Part shown: positions 1 through 9,139 of the stretch, one piece after another
How positions within the stretch are numbered: the first letter of the stretch is position 1
How the letters are laid out: every line of letters starts with the position of its first letter
NCBI RefSeq assembly: GCF_046105845.1
Contig: NZ_CP151004.1
Length of the DNA: 64,000 bases
DNA from: Escherichia coli
Lineage (GTDB): Bacteria; Pseudomonadota; Gammaproteobacteria; Enterobacterales; Enterobacteriaceae
Strand: one strand, 5' to 3'
Program-made: the position numbers and the translations under genes
Notes under the pieces: generated by a model
The model's input: only the letters and a program-made list of their open reading frames with translations
Database searches by the model: none
Told to the model about the DNA's origin: nothing

Positions 1-205
1 TGTACACAGATGGTGCAATATGTTTGAAAAGATCGGAGTCTATGGGTTAGTTTTTATAGCAAACGTTGTTCTCAACGGCGCTAAAAAACAGACACATTAA
101 AAATGTGGGTAATTATTTTAAAAGAAAATCATATATTAAATAATAATACGAGATATGTTTTCATATTTAGTGTACTGTATACGGCCATTTATACAGGAAA
201 AGCCT

Positions 206-376
206 ATGTCAGAACGTAAAGACTCAAAATCACGCCGTAATTATCTCGTTAAATGTTCCTGCCCAAACTGCACCCAAGAGTCAGAACACAGTTTTTCAAG
301 AGTACAAAAAGGTGCCCTTTTGATCTGCCCTCATTGCAACAAAGTATTCCAGACAAATCTTAAAGCTGTAGCTTGA
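206..376 (+). CDS. Small Cys-rich prophage protein, YnfN/YmcF-like (cold-shock-associated)
   Basis: ORF 155..376; internal ATG at 206 preceded by AGGAAA; product MSERKDSKSRRNYLVKCSCPNCTQ... with CxxC...CxxC; lies beside cspB as in K-12 prophage cold-shock clusters. Confidence 0.6.
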   Translation: MSERKDSKSRRNYLVKCSCPNCTQESEHSFSRVQKGALLICPHCNKVFQTNLKAVA

Positions 377-435
377 TTGATTTTATTCGTAACAAGTATT
401 TTTTATATTTTAATAACATATTTAAAGCAGATAAT

Positions 436-459
436 AAAAAACCCGCCTGAGCGGGTTTA
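436..459. terminator. GC hairpin (cccgc-ctga-gcggg) flanked by A/T runs; bidirectional intrinsic terminator candidate
   Basis: Stem 442-446/451-455; T-run stronger on minus strand (cspB side). Confidence 0.5.
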
Positions 460-739
460 ATATTGTGGTACTTTTTGTGGGAGTCATCCACTTACGCACT
501 TTGTTTTGCTATGCCAGCAGTTAGCTTCTGCTGTAAAACTATTCATGCAGCAAACCTGCACTTCACCACAATGGTTAGCATACTTTTCCTGATTAAGTTA
601 TTGCCAAATATGCTGGCCATTGTTTCATGTATTGGACCTCCTTACTATTTATTAAAGAGATCCAATATTCACCACTCTGTCTGTATCTCCACTCAGGCAT
701 CAGCCTTCTTCGTTATCGTATACAGACAAACTATGAATT

Positions 740-955
740 TTAATCAGTAATTATGACATTTGCTGCTGCAGGACCTTTAGCACCACTCTCTACAGAGAAG
801 GTAACCTTTTGACCTTCAAATAAGGTTCGAAAATTATCATTCTGAATCGCAGAAAAATGCACAAACACATCTTTACTACCATCAACAGGAGAAATAAAGC
901 CAAAACCTTTATCAGCGTTAAACCATTTTACTAAACCAGTCATTTTATTTGACAT
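740..955 (-). CDS. cspB: Cold shock protein CspB (CspA family)
   Basis: 71 aa [38 protein letters not shown]...; canonical RNP1/RNP2 motifs of the CspA family. Confidence 0.9.
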   Translation of the reverse strand: MSNKMTGLVKWFNADKGFGFISPVDGSKDVFVHFSAIQNDNFRTLFEGQKVTFSVESGAKGPAAANVIITD

Positions 956-1255
956 TCTACATTCCTTAACTTGAGCCTTTCGGCATAAATGGCTTGTATA
1001 ACAGAAACGACTTCGTACTTAATTGGAGAGACTCAAAGAAGGAATAAGTGAATAACACCTGAAATGAGAACTGCTTTAGTAAACTACTTCGTATATCGTC
1101 TGTTCTTCAAACCGACGCAATCATTAACGCATAGTTGAACATATGAAGCAATGTTTATTTTAGACATCCAGCCATCTTCAACCCCATCAAAAAACTATAG
1201 CTTTCTTCAGGAACGTGTGTATAGTGCGCCCAGTTATCAGTATTAAGGAATTTTT

Positions 1256-1468
1256 TTGTCCCGTAAAATGACAGGAATTGTCAAAACCTTTGACGGCAAA
1301 AGCGGCAAGGGTCTTATCACCCCATCCGATGGTCGTATCGATGTCCAGCTTCATGTTTCAGCGCTCAATCTCCGCGATGCAGAAGAAATTACCACCGGAT
1401 TACGCGTGGAATTTTGCCGGATAAATGGTCTGCGTGGCCCTTCAGCTGCCAATGTTTACCTTTCATGA
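1256..1468 (+). CDS. cspF: CspF/CspH-like cold shock domain protein
   Basis: 70 aa [26 protein letters not shown]...; TTG start with AAGGAA RBS; divergent from cspB as the cspB-cspF pair in K-12 Qin. Confidence 0.8.
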
Positions 1469-1755
1469 GCTATATTAAAGCTTTAATTTCAGGCCCCATC
1501 GAATCAAACATGGAGAGTTTTCATGAATAACCCCGTCTGTCTTGATGACTGGTTGATTGGCTTTAAAAGCTTATGCTGTACTTTGACCGTAATAGCTCTG
1601 CTAATAATGTAATATGCAGACTCATTGTATCTAGGGACATAGTACTGGAAGAAAACATTTTAAACATCAGGCAAAGTCACCCGATAAATAATAAGTAAAC
1701 AAACATGAATCCCGGAATGAGATTCAACATCTCTATTACCCTATTTAAAGCACAA

Positions 1756-1780
1756 AAACCCGCTCATCAGCGGGTTTTCT
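1756..1780 (+). terminator. Intrinsic terminator hairpin (cccgct-catc-agcggg + ttttct)
   Basis: Perfect 6-bp GC stem followed by T-rich tract. Confidence 0.5.
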
Positions 1781-1883
1781 ACTTTTTCTTAACGTCGGGT
1801 ATATAAAGCCCATCGTTGAAAAAATTTTATCCATATTTTTTGAAAAATGCAAGCATTACGTCGCCATCTTCGGCGAAAATCAT

Positions 1884-2636
1884 TTATCTCGTCACTTTTC
1901 TTAATTGCACCTCAGCATATGCTTCTTCCTGCCAGCACTTTGTAACCAGTTTATCAATGACATCTGCATATCCTTTGTACCACTGATAATCAGTCAGGTC
2001 TGGTACCAGCTTCTGGACATGACACCGCGCCAGTGTCGTTGGTAAACGACTAAACCGGTTTCCATTGCAACGCCCACAAATCTTATAAACAGGCGCGCCA
2101 TGAAGCCGGGTCCTTTTTTCATCCAGGACAATACCTTTACCCTTACACCCTCTGCACGCTGTGCTGACTTCTCCCTTACCATGACAATGCTGACATAGTT
2201 CCTTCACCCACTCTTCCTTGATAACAGACTCCCCGCTTCTGGAGTATTTCACCACTTCGCGCAATACATTATGAAATCCAGTACCAGCACAAGGCTCACA
2301 GCGAGCCTTACTTGCCGCAGACCTGGAATAATCAGCAAAGGCAAAACTCACAAGGTAAGGGATGATCTGTAACCGGATTTCTTCACTCAATTTGTTCAAT
2401 GTCGGGTTATCCAGTGCCATCGCGTAATTGAGCAGACCTTCAATCGCAAACTGAGGATCCTGAACGCCAGCTTTTGCCAGGAATAAGGCAAACCCAAGCG
2501 GTGCTTTCGACTGCACCATCCCCTGCGCAGCCATCACATCCGTAATCGTTAAACCACCTGAGCCTGTCGCCGGTGCGGCATCACTCAATTTTGGAGATTT
2601 TGGGGAGTAATATTTTGGTAAGGCTTCAAGGTTCAT
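1884..2636 (-). CDS. Phage late-gene antiterminator Q (QuuQ-like)
   Basis: 250 aa from internal ATG (MNLEALPKYYSPKSPKLSD...); Cys-rich zinc-binding region CxxC...CxxC; position downstream of replication/nin-like genes. Confidence 0.85.
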   Translation of the reverse strand: MNLEALPKYYSPKSPKLSDAAPATGSGGLTITDVMAAQGMVQSKAPLGFALFLAKAGVQDPQFAIEGLLNYAMALDNPTLNKLSEEIRLQIIPYLVSFAFADYSRSAASKARCEPCAGTGFHNVLREVVKYSRSGESVIKEEWVKELCQHCHGKGEVSTACRGCKGKGIVLDEKRTRLHGAPVYKICGRCNGNRFSRLPTTLARCHVQKLVPDLTDYQWYKGYADVIDKLVTKCWQEEAYAEVQLRKVTR

Positions 2637-2649
2637 GCTCGTTCTCCAC

Positions 2650-3645
2650 TTACGCCAGTACGCCAATTGCCAGCGCACGATCGATAAAACGAAATATCAG
2701 CTCCAGTTGGGAGCCATACTTCTCTTCAAATGTCACGGTATCCGCATGCAGCTCGTCGTGATGCTTTCTGCACAAAGGCAACACAAAGAGATCATGCGCT
2801 TTTGTACCCATTCCACCCTGACCGTGGCCTATCAGGTGGTGGGGATCATCAGCTGGCTTTCCACAACATGCGCACGGCTGCGTCTTAACCCAGCGCGTGT
2901 ACTTTTCATTAACCCAGCGGCGACGTTTGGGGCGTAACATAAAAGACTCCGGCGACTCCGGATCCACTTTCAGCGCCAGCACCTTTTTCGCTTTATCCTG
3001 GATGATGCTGGTGGCAGGAACCGAAGGCACAAGGTCACTTTCCCGGGTGACAGATGGCACAACAGGCTTCGGTAATCTCAGTGCCTTACGGGCTGCACTT
3101 TCCGGTAAGGCATCCGCCAAATCATTACGAACCAGCCACCAGCACAGTTCCGGCATTGTCACAACGTGACTGTCATCAAAACCGAGATCCCGACGCACGA
3201 CAGACAACACCCAGCGGGCACAGTTATCCGTTGCCATTGATTCCAGCCGTTCCGTGAACTGGTCACGCAGCTGGTTATCGCAGTGCCAGCACAGACGAAT
3301 TGCTCCCGGAGCGTGCCGCATTGTGGTCATGTTCTCGCTGTGCCAGTCGGAATGAGGCCACTGACAGCCCTTTTCACGAAGTAACCAGCTTTCAAGACAT
3401 TCCACGCCACCAGCACGACGGATCACTGCCTCATTGCGGAACACGGCCCGAACGGCAGGATCATCCGCCAGCGGTTGTGATGCCGCCGGAACGGCACCAC
3501 TGGCGAAAGATGAATAACGTTCCGGCTCAGGCTCCAGCAGGACACGCCCCTGCATAAACAGGGGCATCAGCTCTGAACCTGGCCTGAACAATACAATCCC
3601 CATACGCGGGGCAATTTCAGGGGTCAGTAGTGCTCTCACGGTCAC
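2650..3645 (-). CDS. Prophage protein with HNH-like motif (YdfU/DUF968-like)
   Basis: 331 aa; C-terminal CACCGKPADDPHHLIGHGQGG...HDLFVLPLCRKHHDELH resembles HNH nuclease signature. Confidence 0.7.
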   Translation of the reverse strand: MTVRALLTPEIAPRMGIVLFRPGSELMPLFMQGRVLLEPEPERYSSFASGAVPAASQPLADDPAVRAVFRNEAVIRRAGGVECLESWLLREKGCQWPHSDWHSENMTTMRHAPGAIRLCWHCDNQLRDQFTERLESMATDNCARWVLSVVRRDLGFDDSHVVTMPELCWWLVRNDLADALPESAARKALRLPKPVVPSVTRESDLVPSVPATSIIQDKAKKVLALKVDPESPESFMLRPKRRRWVNEKYTRWVKTQPCACCGKPADDPHHLIGHGQGGMGTKAHDLFVLPLCRKHHDELHADTVTFEEKYGSQLELIFRFIDRALAIGVLA

Positions 3646-3646
3646 C

Positions 3647-4444
3647 TCAATGAACGGTATCGAGCAGCTTTAACAGCTCAGGGAATCGGGATTCGAAGAA
3701 ATGCGGCTGCGTCTCGCGCGGATTTGCAGGACTGGTGATGTTCTTGCCGAACATGCAGCCTTTCGCCGTCAGCGACCAGAATTTTTTGATGTTGTTAATC
3801 GCGGTACGGCTGTATCGTTCGCGTTGTTCAACGATCCCCAGCTTCACCATCTGGTGATATGCCTGATTAGCCGTCAGGCGGATACCATACTGCCTCAGCA
3901 GTGCACTCAGAGACAGCGTGGGGCGACTTGAGCCATCGTGTGCATCAGCAGGAGCATCAATGGCATAGCGCGGTGCCAGATTCGGTAAGCCAACAGCCTC
4001 CTGGAGTTTCTGGCAGGCACCAAGCACTGAAGAGTTAGACAGGTTTAATTCCCGGCGCATAAAGTCCAGCAGAATCACACCAGCCTGCATCTTGTCAGCA
4101 GCCTGTCCGGATAATTTTTCCGGTGCGCTGGTTACCATGTCGAAAGTACGGATCACCTTCAGATGGAATGACGGGCTGATCCACATTGCATAGGCATACA
4201 CCAGTTCTTTGCAGACATACGTCCCCTGGTTATTTCCGCCACGAATAACGTTAACTGGCTCTATATTGACCGAGTTGCAAATCTGCAACTCGCTTATTAA
4301 ACGCTCAGTTTGCTCATTGCGGAGCCAGAATGCGGGCTTATGCTTATCCAGAGAACCAGCAGCCCTGTGCAGATCGTTCAGGCTGTAACGCCCATAAGCA
4401 TCACGACGAACTTCAATACCATCAATAACCATCAGATTATTCAT
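3647..4444 (-). CDS. KilA-N domain-containing prophage protein
   Basis: 265 aa; N-terminal VIDGIEVRRDAYGRYSLNDLHRAAG typical of KilA-N/APSES-type DNA-binding domain. Confidence 0.7.
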   Translation of the reverse strand: MNNLMVIDGIEVRRDAYGRYSLNDLHRAAGSLDKHKPAFWLRNEQTERLISELQICNSVNIEPVNVIRGGNNQGTYVCKELVYAYAMWISPSFHLKVIRTFDMVTSAPEKLSGQAADKMQAGVILLDFMRRELNLSNSSVLGACQKLQEAVGLPNLAPRYAIDAPADAHDGSSRPTLSLSALLRQYGIRLTANQAYHQMVKLGIVEQRERYSRTAINNIKKFWSLTAKGCMFGKNITSPANPRETQPHFFESRFPELLKLLDTVH

Positions 4445-4463
4445 ACTTCGTTTCTCCTCTTAA

Positions 4464-4853
4464 TCAGGCGGCTGCACCCGCCGTTTTCTCGTACTTACTG
4501 ATAGTGATCTCGACCTTCCCTTCCGGGATAACCGGTCCCCACTCCACCAGCATTCTTTTCACCTGACTGTCGTCTTCCCACACACCCGCGTGGGTCAGGG
4601 CGTCAAACAGCGCCTTGTTATAGTTGTCCAGATCGCGGATCCGGTTATCCGGAGGAAACAACACGATCTCCACTGAAGCAGGTGCCGACGTTGGTTTTGG
4701 CAGACGACGTAACTGCTCAAATATTGCTGCACACGCCGCGCTCTGGAATTTGCGCCCCGCCGCGCTTATCAGGCTCTTACCAGCAAACGCCCCTTTGTTG
4801 GGGTGTCGCCAGTACGTGTTCACGCTGGGCGGGAAAGGCAGGATCAGCTTCAT
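4464..4853 (-). CDS. rusA: RusA-family Holliday junction resolvase
   Basis: 129 aa; RusA-like motifs (RDLDNYNKALFDALT...); typical lambdoid nin-region location. Confidence 0.85.
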   Translation of the reverse strand: MKLILPFPPSVNTYWRHPNKGAFAGKSLISAAGRKFQSAACAAIFEQLRRLPKPTSAPASVEIVLFPPDNRIRDLDNYNKALFDALTHAGVWEDDSQVKRMLVEWGPVIPEGKVEITISKYEKTAGAAA

Positions 4854-5209
4854 ACTTTCAGGCCCCTCTCATGTAACCAGTGGGCTGCACGCAGTCTGGC
4901 GTTTTCCTCACCGGCAAGCAGTGCGCGGATAATCCCGGCTGCCTCGCTGTCGTCGTCCTTCACTGTGGTATGAAGCGTGATACCCCGGGCCACGCCACGC
5001 TTTATCGTGATGACGCCTTTTTTCTCCAGTGCGCGAAGATGCTCCACCGCTGCATTCACCGAACGGTATCCCAGCATGGCTGCCACCTCCTGATTGGTTG
5101 GCGGGAAACCACGTTCTTTCTGATAAGAAATCAGCATATCCAGCACCTGCTGCTGGCATTGAGTTAACGTCGTCATTAAGCCCACACGTAATTCCCTGAC
5201 AGATACCAC
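4850..5209 (-). CDS. LexA N-terminal-domain-like DNA-binding protein (no peptidase domain)
   Basis: 119 aa; LTQCQQQVLDMLISYQKERGFPPTNQEVAAMLGYRSVNAAVEHLRALEKKGVITI closely resembles the LexA winged-helix DNA-binding domain. Confidence 0.6.
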   Translation of the reverse strand: MVSVRELRVGLMTTLTQCQQQVLDMLISYQKERGFPPTNQEVAAMLGYRSVNAAVEHLRALEKKGVITIKRGVARGITLHTTVKDDDSEAAGIIRALLAGEENARLRAAHWLHERGLKV

Positions 5210-5664
5210 TCATCACCCGATACAGCGCGCTTGCTGCTTTTCCGTAAGCACCGCTCACGGCGCGCCAGAAAATTGTTTCGTTCTGACTGGGAGTGGCTTT
5301 CACGGAATGCCGCCATCCACACGGTTGCAGCACGACGGTATAAGCCCCTGGACTCCAGTTCTTCAGCCTGGCGGGTCAGGCACAAAATTACCCGGGGATC
5401 GTTAGTGCCGACATAGAAATTGCGCACAGGTCTGGTTTCACGAACTGGTTGTGGTTCCGGCTCCTGCGCTCTCTCAGTCAGGCGCGGGAAATGTCTGCGT
5501 GTATTTCCTTCACAACGGTGAGCCACACGCCCACTCTGACGTAACTTGCTTGCTGACTGCAGAACGCGCTGCCGTGAGTAACCTGCAAAAGCATCTGCAA
5601 TGTCTCCGGAAGTACACCCCGGATGGGCTTCAATGAATTTCTGAACTTCATTCAAAAGACTCAT
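5176..5664 (-). CDS. PerC/Pch-family-like transcriptional regulator
   Basis: 162 aa; C-terminal LESRGLYRRAATVWMAAF matches the conserved PerC-family RRAA..W motif (from memory). Confidence 0.5.
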   Translation of the reverse strand: MSLLNEVQKFIEAHPGCTSGDIADAFAGYSRQRVLQSASKLRQSGRVAHRCEGNTRRHFPRLTERAQEPEPQPVRETRPVRNFYVGTNDPRVILCLTRQAEELESRGLYRRAATVWMAAFRESHSQSERNNFLARRERCLRKSSKRAVSGDEWYLSGNYVWA

Positions 5665-5666
5665 GA

Positions 5667-6485
5667 TTACCCCCTGAATCCTGCCGGGATCTGGCTGTAG
5701 TCCACGTTGTCGTAACTGGCTTTGAAGTACGGGTCCTCGCGTCTGGCTGCAGATACCGCAGGAACTTCCCAGGATTCTTCGAAATGACGATCCGGACCAA
5801 AGAACGTGACAGCCTGTTTCACAAATTGTGTGCCGCTGTTACCCATCGCAGATACCCAGCCCGCGTAGCGTTTCACACCTTCCAGCATGGTTTCGGGTTT
5901 TACCCCCTCATTCAAACGGGCTTTCCAGGCTTTGAAGGCTGCAGATTTTGAATTGCCACCAGCACGTTTGGGGTATGCCAGCCATGCCTGCTCAAACTCC
6001 GGAGAGTATTCCGGTCGGTTTGAACGAACTCGCACAGACTCATCAGCAGATGCACCAACAGCTATTGGTTCATTGACTGGTTCTTTGACTGGTTCAAAAG
6101 AGTGACTGGTTCTGGGTGAATCTCCTGCACCACCCCCTGGTGCAACTCCTGCACTACCTGGTGAATTTGCTGCACCAGATAGTGAATTATTTGCACTACC
6201 CCCTAGTGAATCTCCTGCACCATCAAGATGAAGGAGATAGATATTACTTGAGTTACCTTTTTCACCTTTCCGGGTGACTTTTTTTACCAGCCCGGAATCA
6301 CAAAGGGCCGCAATATGATTCATCACAGAACGTTTGCTAATCTCGCACTGGTCAGCAATATGCTGGTAGCTGGGCCAGCACTCACCCTGATCGCTGGCAT
6401 TATCAGCCAGCTTGATCAGAACCAGTTTTCGCAATGGATTACCCACTCGAATTTTCATCGCTTTAACCATCAGCTCCATACTCAT
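5667..6485 (-). CDS. Phage replication initiation protein (O-like) with DnaT-like C-terminus
   Basis: ORF 5667..6524 (TTG); likely ATG start at 6485 overlapping upstream stop; N-terminal winged-helix, Gly/Ser/Pro-rich linker encoded by iterons, C-terminal ...YSQIPAGFRG like host DnaT. Confidence 0.7.
   Translation of the reverse strand: MSMELMVKAMKIRVGNPLRKLVLIKLADNASDQGECWPSYQHIADQCEISKRSVMNHIAALCDSGLVKKVTRKGEKGNSSNIYLLHLDGAGDSLGGSANNSLSGAANSPGSAGVAPGGGAGDSPRTSHSFEPVKEPVNEPIAVGASADESVRVRSNRPEYSPEFEQAWLAYPKRAGGNSKSAAFKAWKARLNEGVKPETMLEGVKRYAGWVSAMGNSGTQFVKQAVTFFGPDRHFEESWEVPAVSAARREDPYFKASYDNVDYSQIPAGFRG
6074..6222. repeat. Iteron array (putative prophage replication origin) inside replication gene
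   Basis: Three copies of tgactggttc (6074, 6086, 6103) then five ~18-bp repeats related to ggtgaatctcctgcacca starting at 6115, 6139, 6160, 6181, 6205 (21-24 bp period). Confidence 0.6.
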
Positions 6486-6718
6486 GCTGCACCTCCGAGA
6501 TGCTTCATGTTTTTTCCGGAGCAAAAGGCTATAAGCGGCATACTGATGCGGTAATTACGGCCCAGCGGTTCACAAATCACCTTCTGACATTCACGGTCAA
6601 CCAGGCTAACACGTAGAACATGCCCTGCAGGCGTGGTGTACCACTGCCCAACTGTAGGAATTGATGTTTTTTTACGCTGAAGCAAACGGCAAATATTGAG
6701 GATCAACGGATTAAGCAT
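6482..6718 (-). CDS. Hypothetical prophage protein
   Basis: 78-aa ORF translationally coupled (ATGA overlap) to the replication gene. Confidence 0.45.
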   Translation of the reverse strand: MLNPLILNICRLLQRKKTSIPTVGQWYTTPAGHVLRVSLVDRECQKVICEPLGRNYRISMPLIAFCSGKNMKHLGGAA

Positions 6719-7547
6719 GACGATGCCCTCCGCTGATATTCAGGAGACGGTGAATATGAAAATTAGCCTTATCCGCCAGACGAATACGTTCAGCCTGCAA
6801 GTTAAGAAGGGTTTCTACCAAAACCTGATGCGCCTGCGGATCCGAAAGAGTTACCTTGCGCAGAGCACGTAGTGCAGTTGTTACATAACTGAGTTTATGT
6901 AAGTCTTCATCATTCAGACGAGTGAGGGCTGGGACAGTAGCCATGATGGCAGCCTCCGATAACAGTGAATTACCTTCACCACCGGAAACGCCAATTTCGC
7001 TGGTGGTGAACTGAACGGGGTTGGCGTAACCGGCGTTATCGGAAACCGGCGCACCTTTCGGTGCCCCCGTCCAGCCCACCATAATTTGGGTGTGCACAGA
7101 CACAGACGATAAAAAAGACGCTGGCGCGTCATATATCGCCGATAACATTTCCAGGACGCCAATCCCGTCACCCGCTTTATAAGGTGCCTGAACAGTGTAA
7201 CGTCCCGGAATGGCAGAATCAATGTGCTGGTGGTCCTTCACACTCAACAAAATCACGCCTGAATTTCCACAAAGGACTAAAGCACTCATGCGGGTAGTCT
7301 TTGCGAAGATAGATAACGCGCTGTGTTTCTGGTTCCCAACGAATAACATGGACATAAAGCCCTCTTCCGTCACGAAACCAGCGGTTAAGTTCCCGCACAA
7401 CTCGCCCCCCACAGTCAGGTAAAGTTCTCTGTGGTTACTTACAGCCAGGTGATTTGGTAATCTGCATTCATGCCGTAACAACAGGTGTTCAGCGACACTG
7501 ACCACCAGCTGTTGCGACAAACGGTTATTTGCCGTTAAACTGTTCAT
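6711..7547 (-). CDS. Hypothetical prophage early-region protein
   Basis: 278-aa ORF in the cro-side early operon; no motif recognised. Confidence 0.55.
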   Translation of the reverse strand: MNSLTANNRLSQQLVVSVAEHLLLRHECRLPNHLAVSNHRELYLTVGGELCGNLTAGFVTEEGFMSMLFVGNQKHSALSIFAKTTRMSALVLCGNSGVILLSVKDHQHIDSAIPGRYTVQAPYKAGDGIGVLEMLSAIYDAPASFLSSVSVHTQIMVGWTGAPKGAPVSDNAGYANPVQFTTSEIGVSGGEGNSLLSEAAIMATVPALTRLNDEDLHKLSYVTTALRALRKVTLSDPQAHQVLVETLLNLQAERIRLADKANFHIHRLLNISGGHRHA

Positions 7548-8107
7548 GCGTTAGTTTCTCCACAGACACAAAACGCCACGACGCCCGGAGCTGCACACTC
7601 GCGGGCGTCACTCTTTTCTGGAGCGCAAAAGATTTTGTAGACCAGTGCTGCATGCTCTTGGAGCTTCGAAATTGACAGATACAACTCATCATTAATTGCT
7701 GTCTGCTCGTGTGGCTCCACGACCCCATCTTCGATTGCCGAACGAATCTGCTTTGAGTAATTCCCGATCTGTTCGATGACTTCCAGCAGGCGCTGGTTTA
7801 TATCGGCGTTCTCTACTTCCTCAATTTCAGGAAGCGATACGAACACCCCACCAGCAGACTGTGCGACAGCATCCGCAATGTAGTGAGTGTCAGCCGCGCG
7901 CTGTAAAACCATTGCCCATCCCAGCGGGAAAATCTGATCGCCATCGGCACGAAGGCGGTTAAATAATGCGTTCTCTGTTACATCCAGCCAGTCAGCTGCT
8001 TCAGCGTAACCACCCGGCAACGCTGCGATAGTTTTTCTGACAGCTTTCACGTACCACTCAGGCTGTTTTTCTACTTTCCAGTGATACTTACCCACGGTTA
8101 GCCTCAT
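7544..8107 (-). CDS. Hypothetical prophage regulatory protein (cII position; possibly YdaT-like)
   Basis: 187-aa ORF immediately downstream of cro-like gene. Confidence 0.5.
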   Translation of the reverse strand: MRLTVGKYHWKVEKQPEWYVKAVRKTIAALPGGYAEAADWLDVTENALFNRLRADGDQIFPLGWAMVLQRAADTHYIADAVAQSAGGVFVSLPEIEEVENADINQRLLEVIEQIGNYSKQIRSAIEDGVVEPHEQTAINDELYLSISKLQEHAALVYKIFCAPEKSDARECAAPGVVAFCVCGETNA

Positions 8108-8138
8108 CGTTCTGTGGTTAAAAATTGAAGGTGTTCTG

Positions 8139-8339
8139 TTAATCTTTCGGATAGATATCCGGTCTTAAGTCAGATTTCGTAATTGCACCTGACGTGCATT
8201 GCTCAAGTTTTTTCGCCAGCACAAAACTGGCTTTTTTATAACCATTGAAAACCAGCCGTAAGTAGCCAGGTGTTGAGCCAACTTTTCCGGCCAACTCGCC
8301 CTGCTGTTCTTTGGTTAAAGAGTCCCAATACGCTTTCAT
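8139..8339 (-). CDS. Cro-like HTH regulator
   Basis: ORF 8139..8444; probable start at internal ATG 8339 (MKAYWDSLTKEQQGELAGKVGSTPGYL...); divergent from repressor gene. Confidence 0.6.
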   Translation of the reverse strand: MKAYWDSLTKEQQGELAGKVGSTPGYLRLVFNGYKKASFVLAKKLEQCTSGAITKSDLRPDIYPKD

Positions 8340-8394
8340 ACAATATGTACCTCCAGTATACATATTACATGATTGAAATGAACCTTCAAGATAC

Positions 8395-8413
8395 TTGTAC
8401 CTTATCGGTACAA
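8395..8413. promoter_or_regulatory. Putative operator palindrome in cro/cI intergenic region
   Basis: TTGTACC-ttatc-GGTACAA perfect 7-bp inverted repeat between divergent cro-like and cI-like genes. Confidence 0.35.
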
Positions 8414-8429
8414 AGGTTTTAATTTCGTT

Positions 8430-9104
8430 ATGAAAACAATCCATGACATCCGGCGGTCTAACGCCAGAAAACTGAGAGATGGTGTTGGCGGAAATTCATC
8501 CTTTGCCACCATGATTGATCGCGAGCCAACCCAAACCAGCAGGTTTATGGGGGATGGCGCTACTAAAAATATCGGTGACAGCATGGCACGGCACATCGAA
8601 AAATGTTTCGACCTGCCTGTCGGATGGCTTGATCAAGAACACCAGACAACGAACATCACAAAAAAACCTGATGTTTCAATCACTAACAAACAAATAACGT
8701 TAGTCCCTGTCATATCATGGGTACAGGCCGGAGCATGGAAAGAAGTTGGCTATTCTGAGGTTGATTTGAGCACAGCAGAAACGTATCCCTGCCCTGTACC
8801 CTGTGGCGAAATGACTTATATCTTGCGGGTGATTGGTGATTCAATGATTGATGAGTACCGCCCTGGAGACATGATTTTTGTTGATCCCGAAGTCCCTGCC
8901 TGCCACGGTGACGACGTTATTGCATTGATGCACGATACAGGCGAAACCACCTTCAAGCGATTGATAGAAGATGGAACACAGCGTTATCTCAAAGCATTAA
9001 ACCCAAACTGGCCTGAGCCTTACATTAAGATTAACGGTAATTGCTCTATAATTGGTACAGTGATTTTCTCGGGAAAACCAAGAAGATACACAATAAAGGC
9101 CTAA
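8430..9104 (+). CDS. CI-like prophage repressor (HTH + S24 LexA-type peptidase domain)
   Basis: 224 aa; C-terminal LRVIGDSMIDEYRPGDMIFVDPE ... FKRL resembles S24 Ser/Lys autoprotease. Confidence 0.85.
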   Translation: MKTIHDIRRSNARKLRDGVGGNSSFATMIDREPTQTSRFMGDGATKNIGDSMARHIEKCFDLPVGWLDQEHQTTNITKKPDVSITNKQITLVPVISWVQAGAWKEVGYSEVDLSTAETYPCPVPCGEMTYILRVIGDSMIDEYRPGDMIFVDPEVPACHGDDVIALMHDTGETTFKRLIEDGTQRYLKALNPNWPEPYIKINGNCSIIGTVIFSGKPRRYTIKA

Positions 9105-9118
9105 TCAATATTTATGAA

Positions 9119-9139
9119 CCTGCTTCGGCAGGTTTTTTT
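9119..9139 (+). terminator. Rho-independent terminator after repressor gene
   Basis: cctgc-ttcg-gcagg followed by TTTTTTT. Confidence 0.7.

Noticed and set aside
463-750. 95-aa plus-strand ORF downstream of cspB
   Set aside because: No RBS, hydrophobic junk-like sequence, overlaps the cspB 3' region; more likely untranslated.
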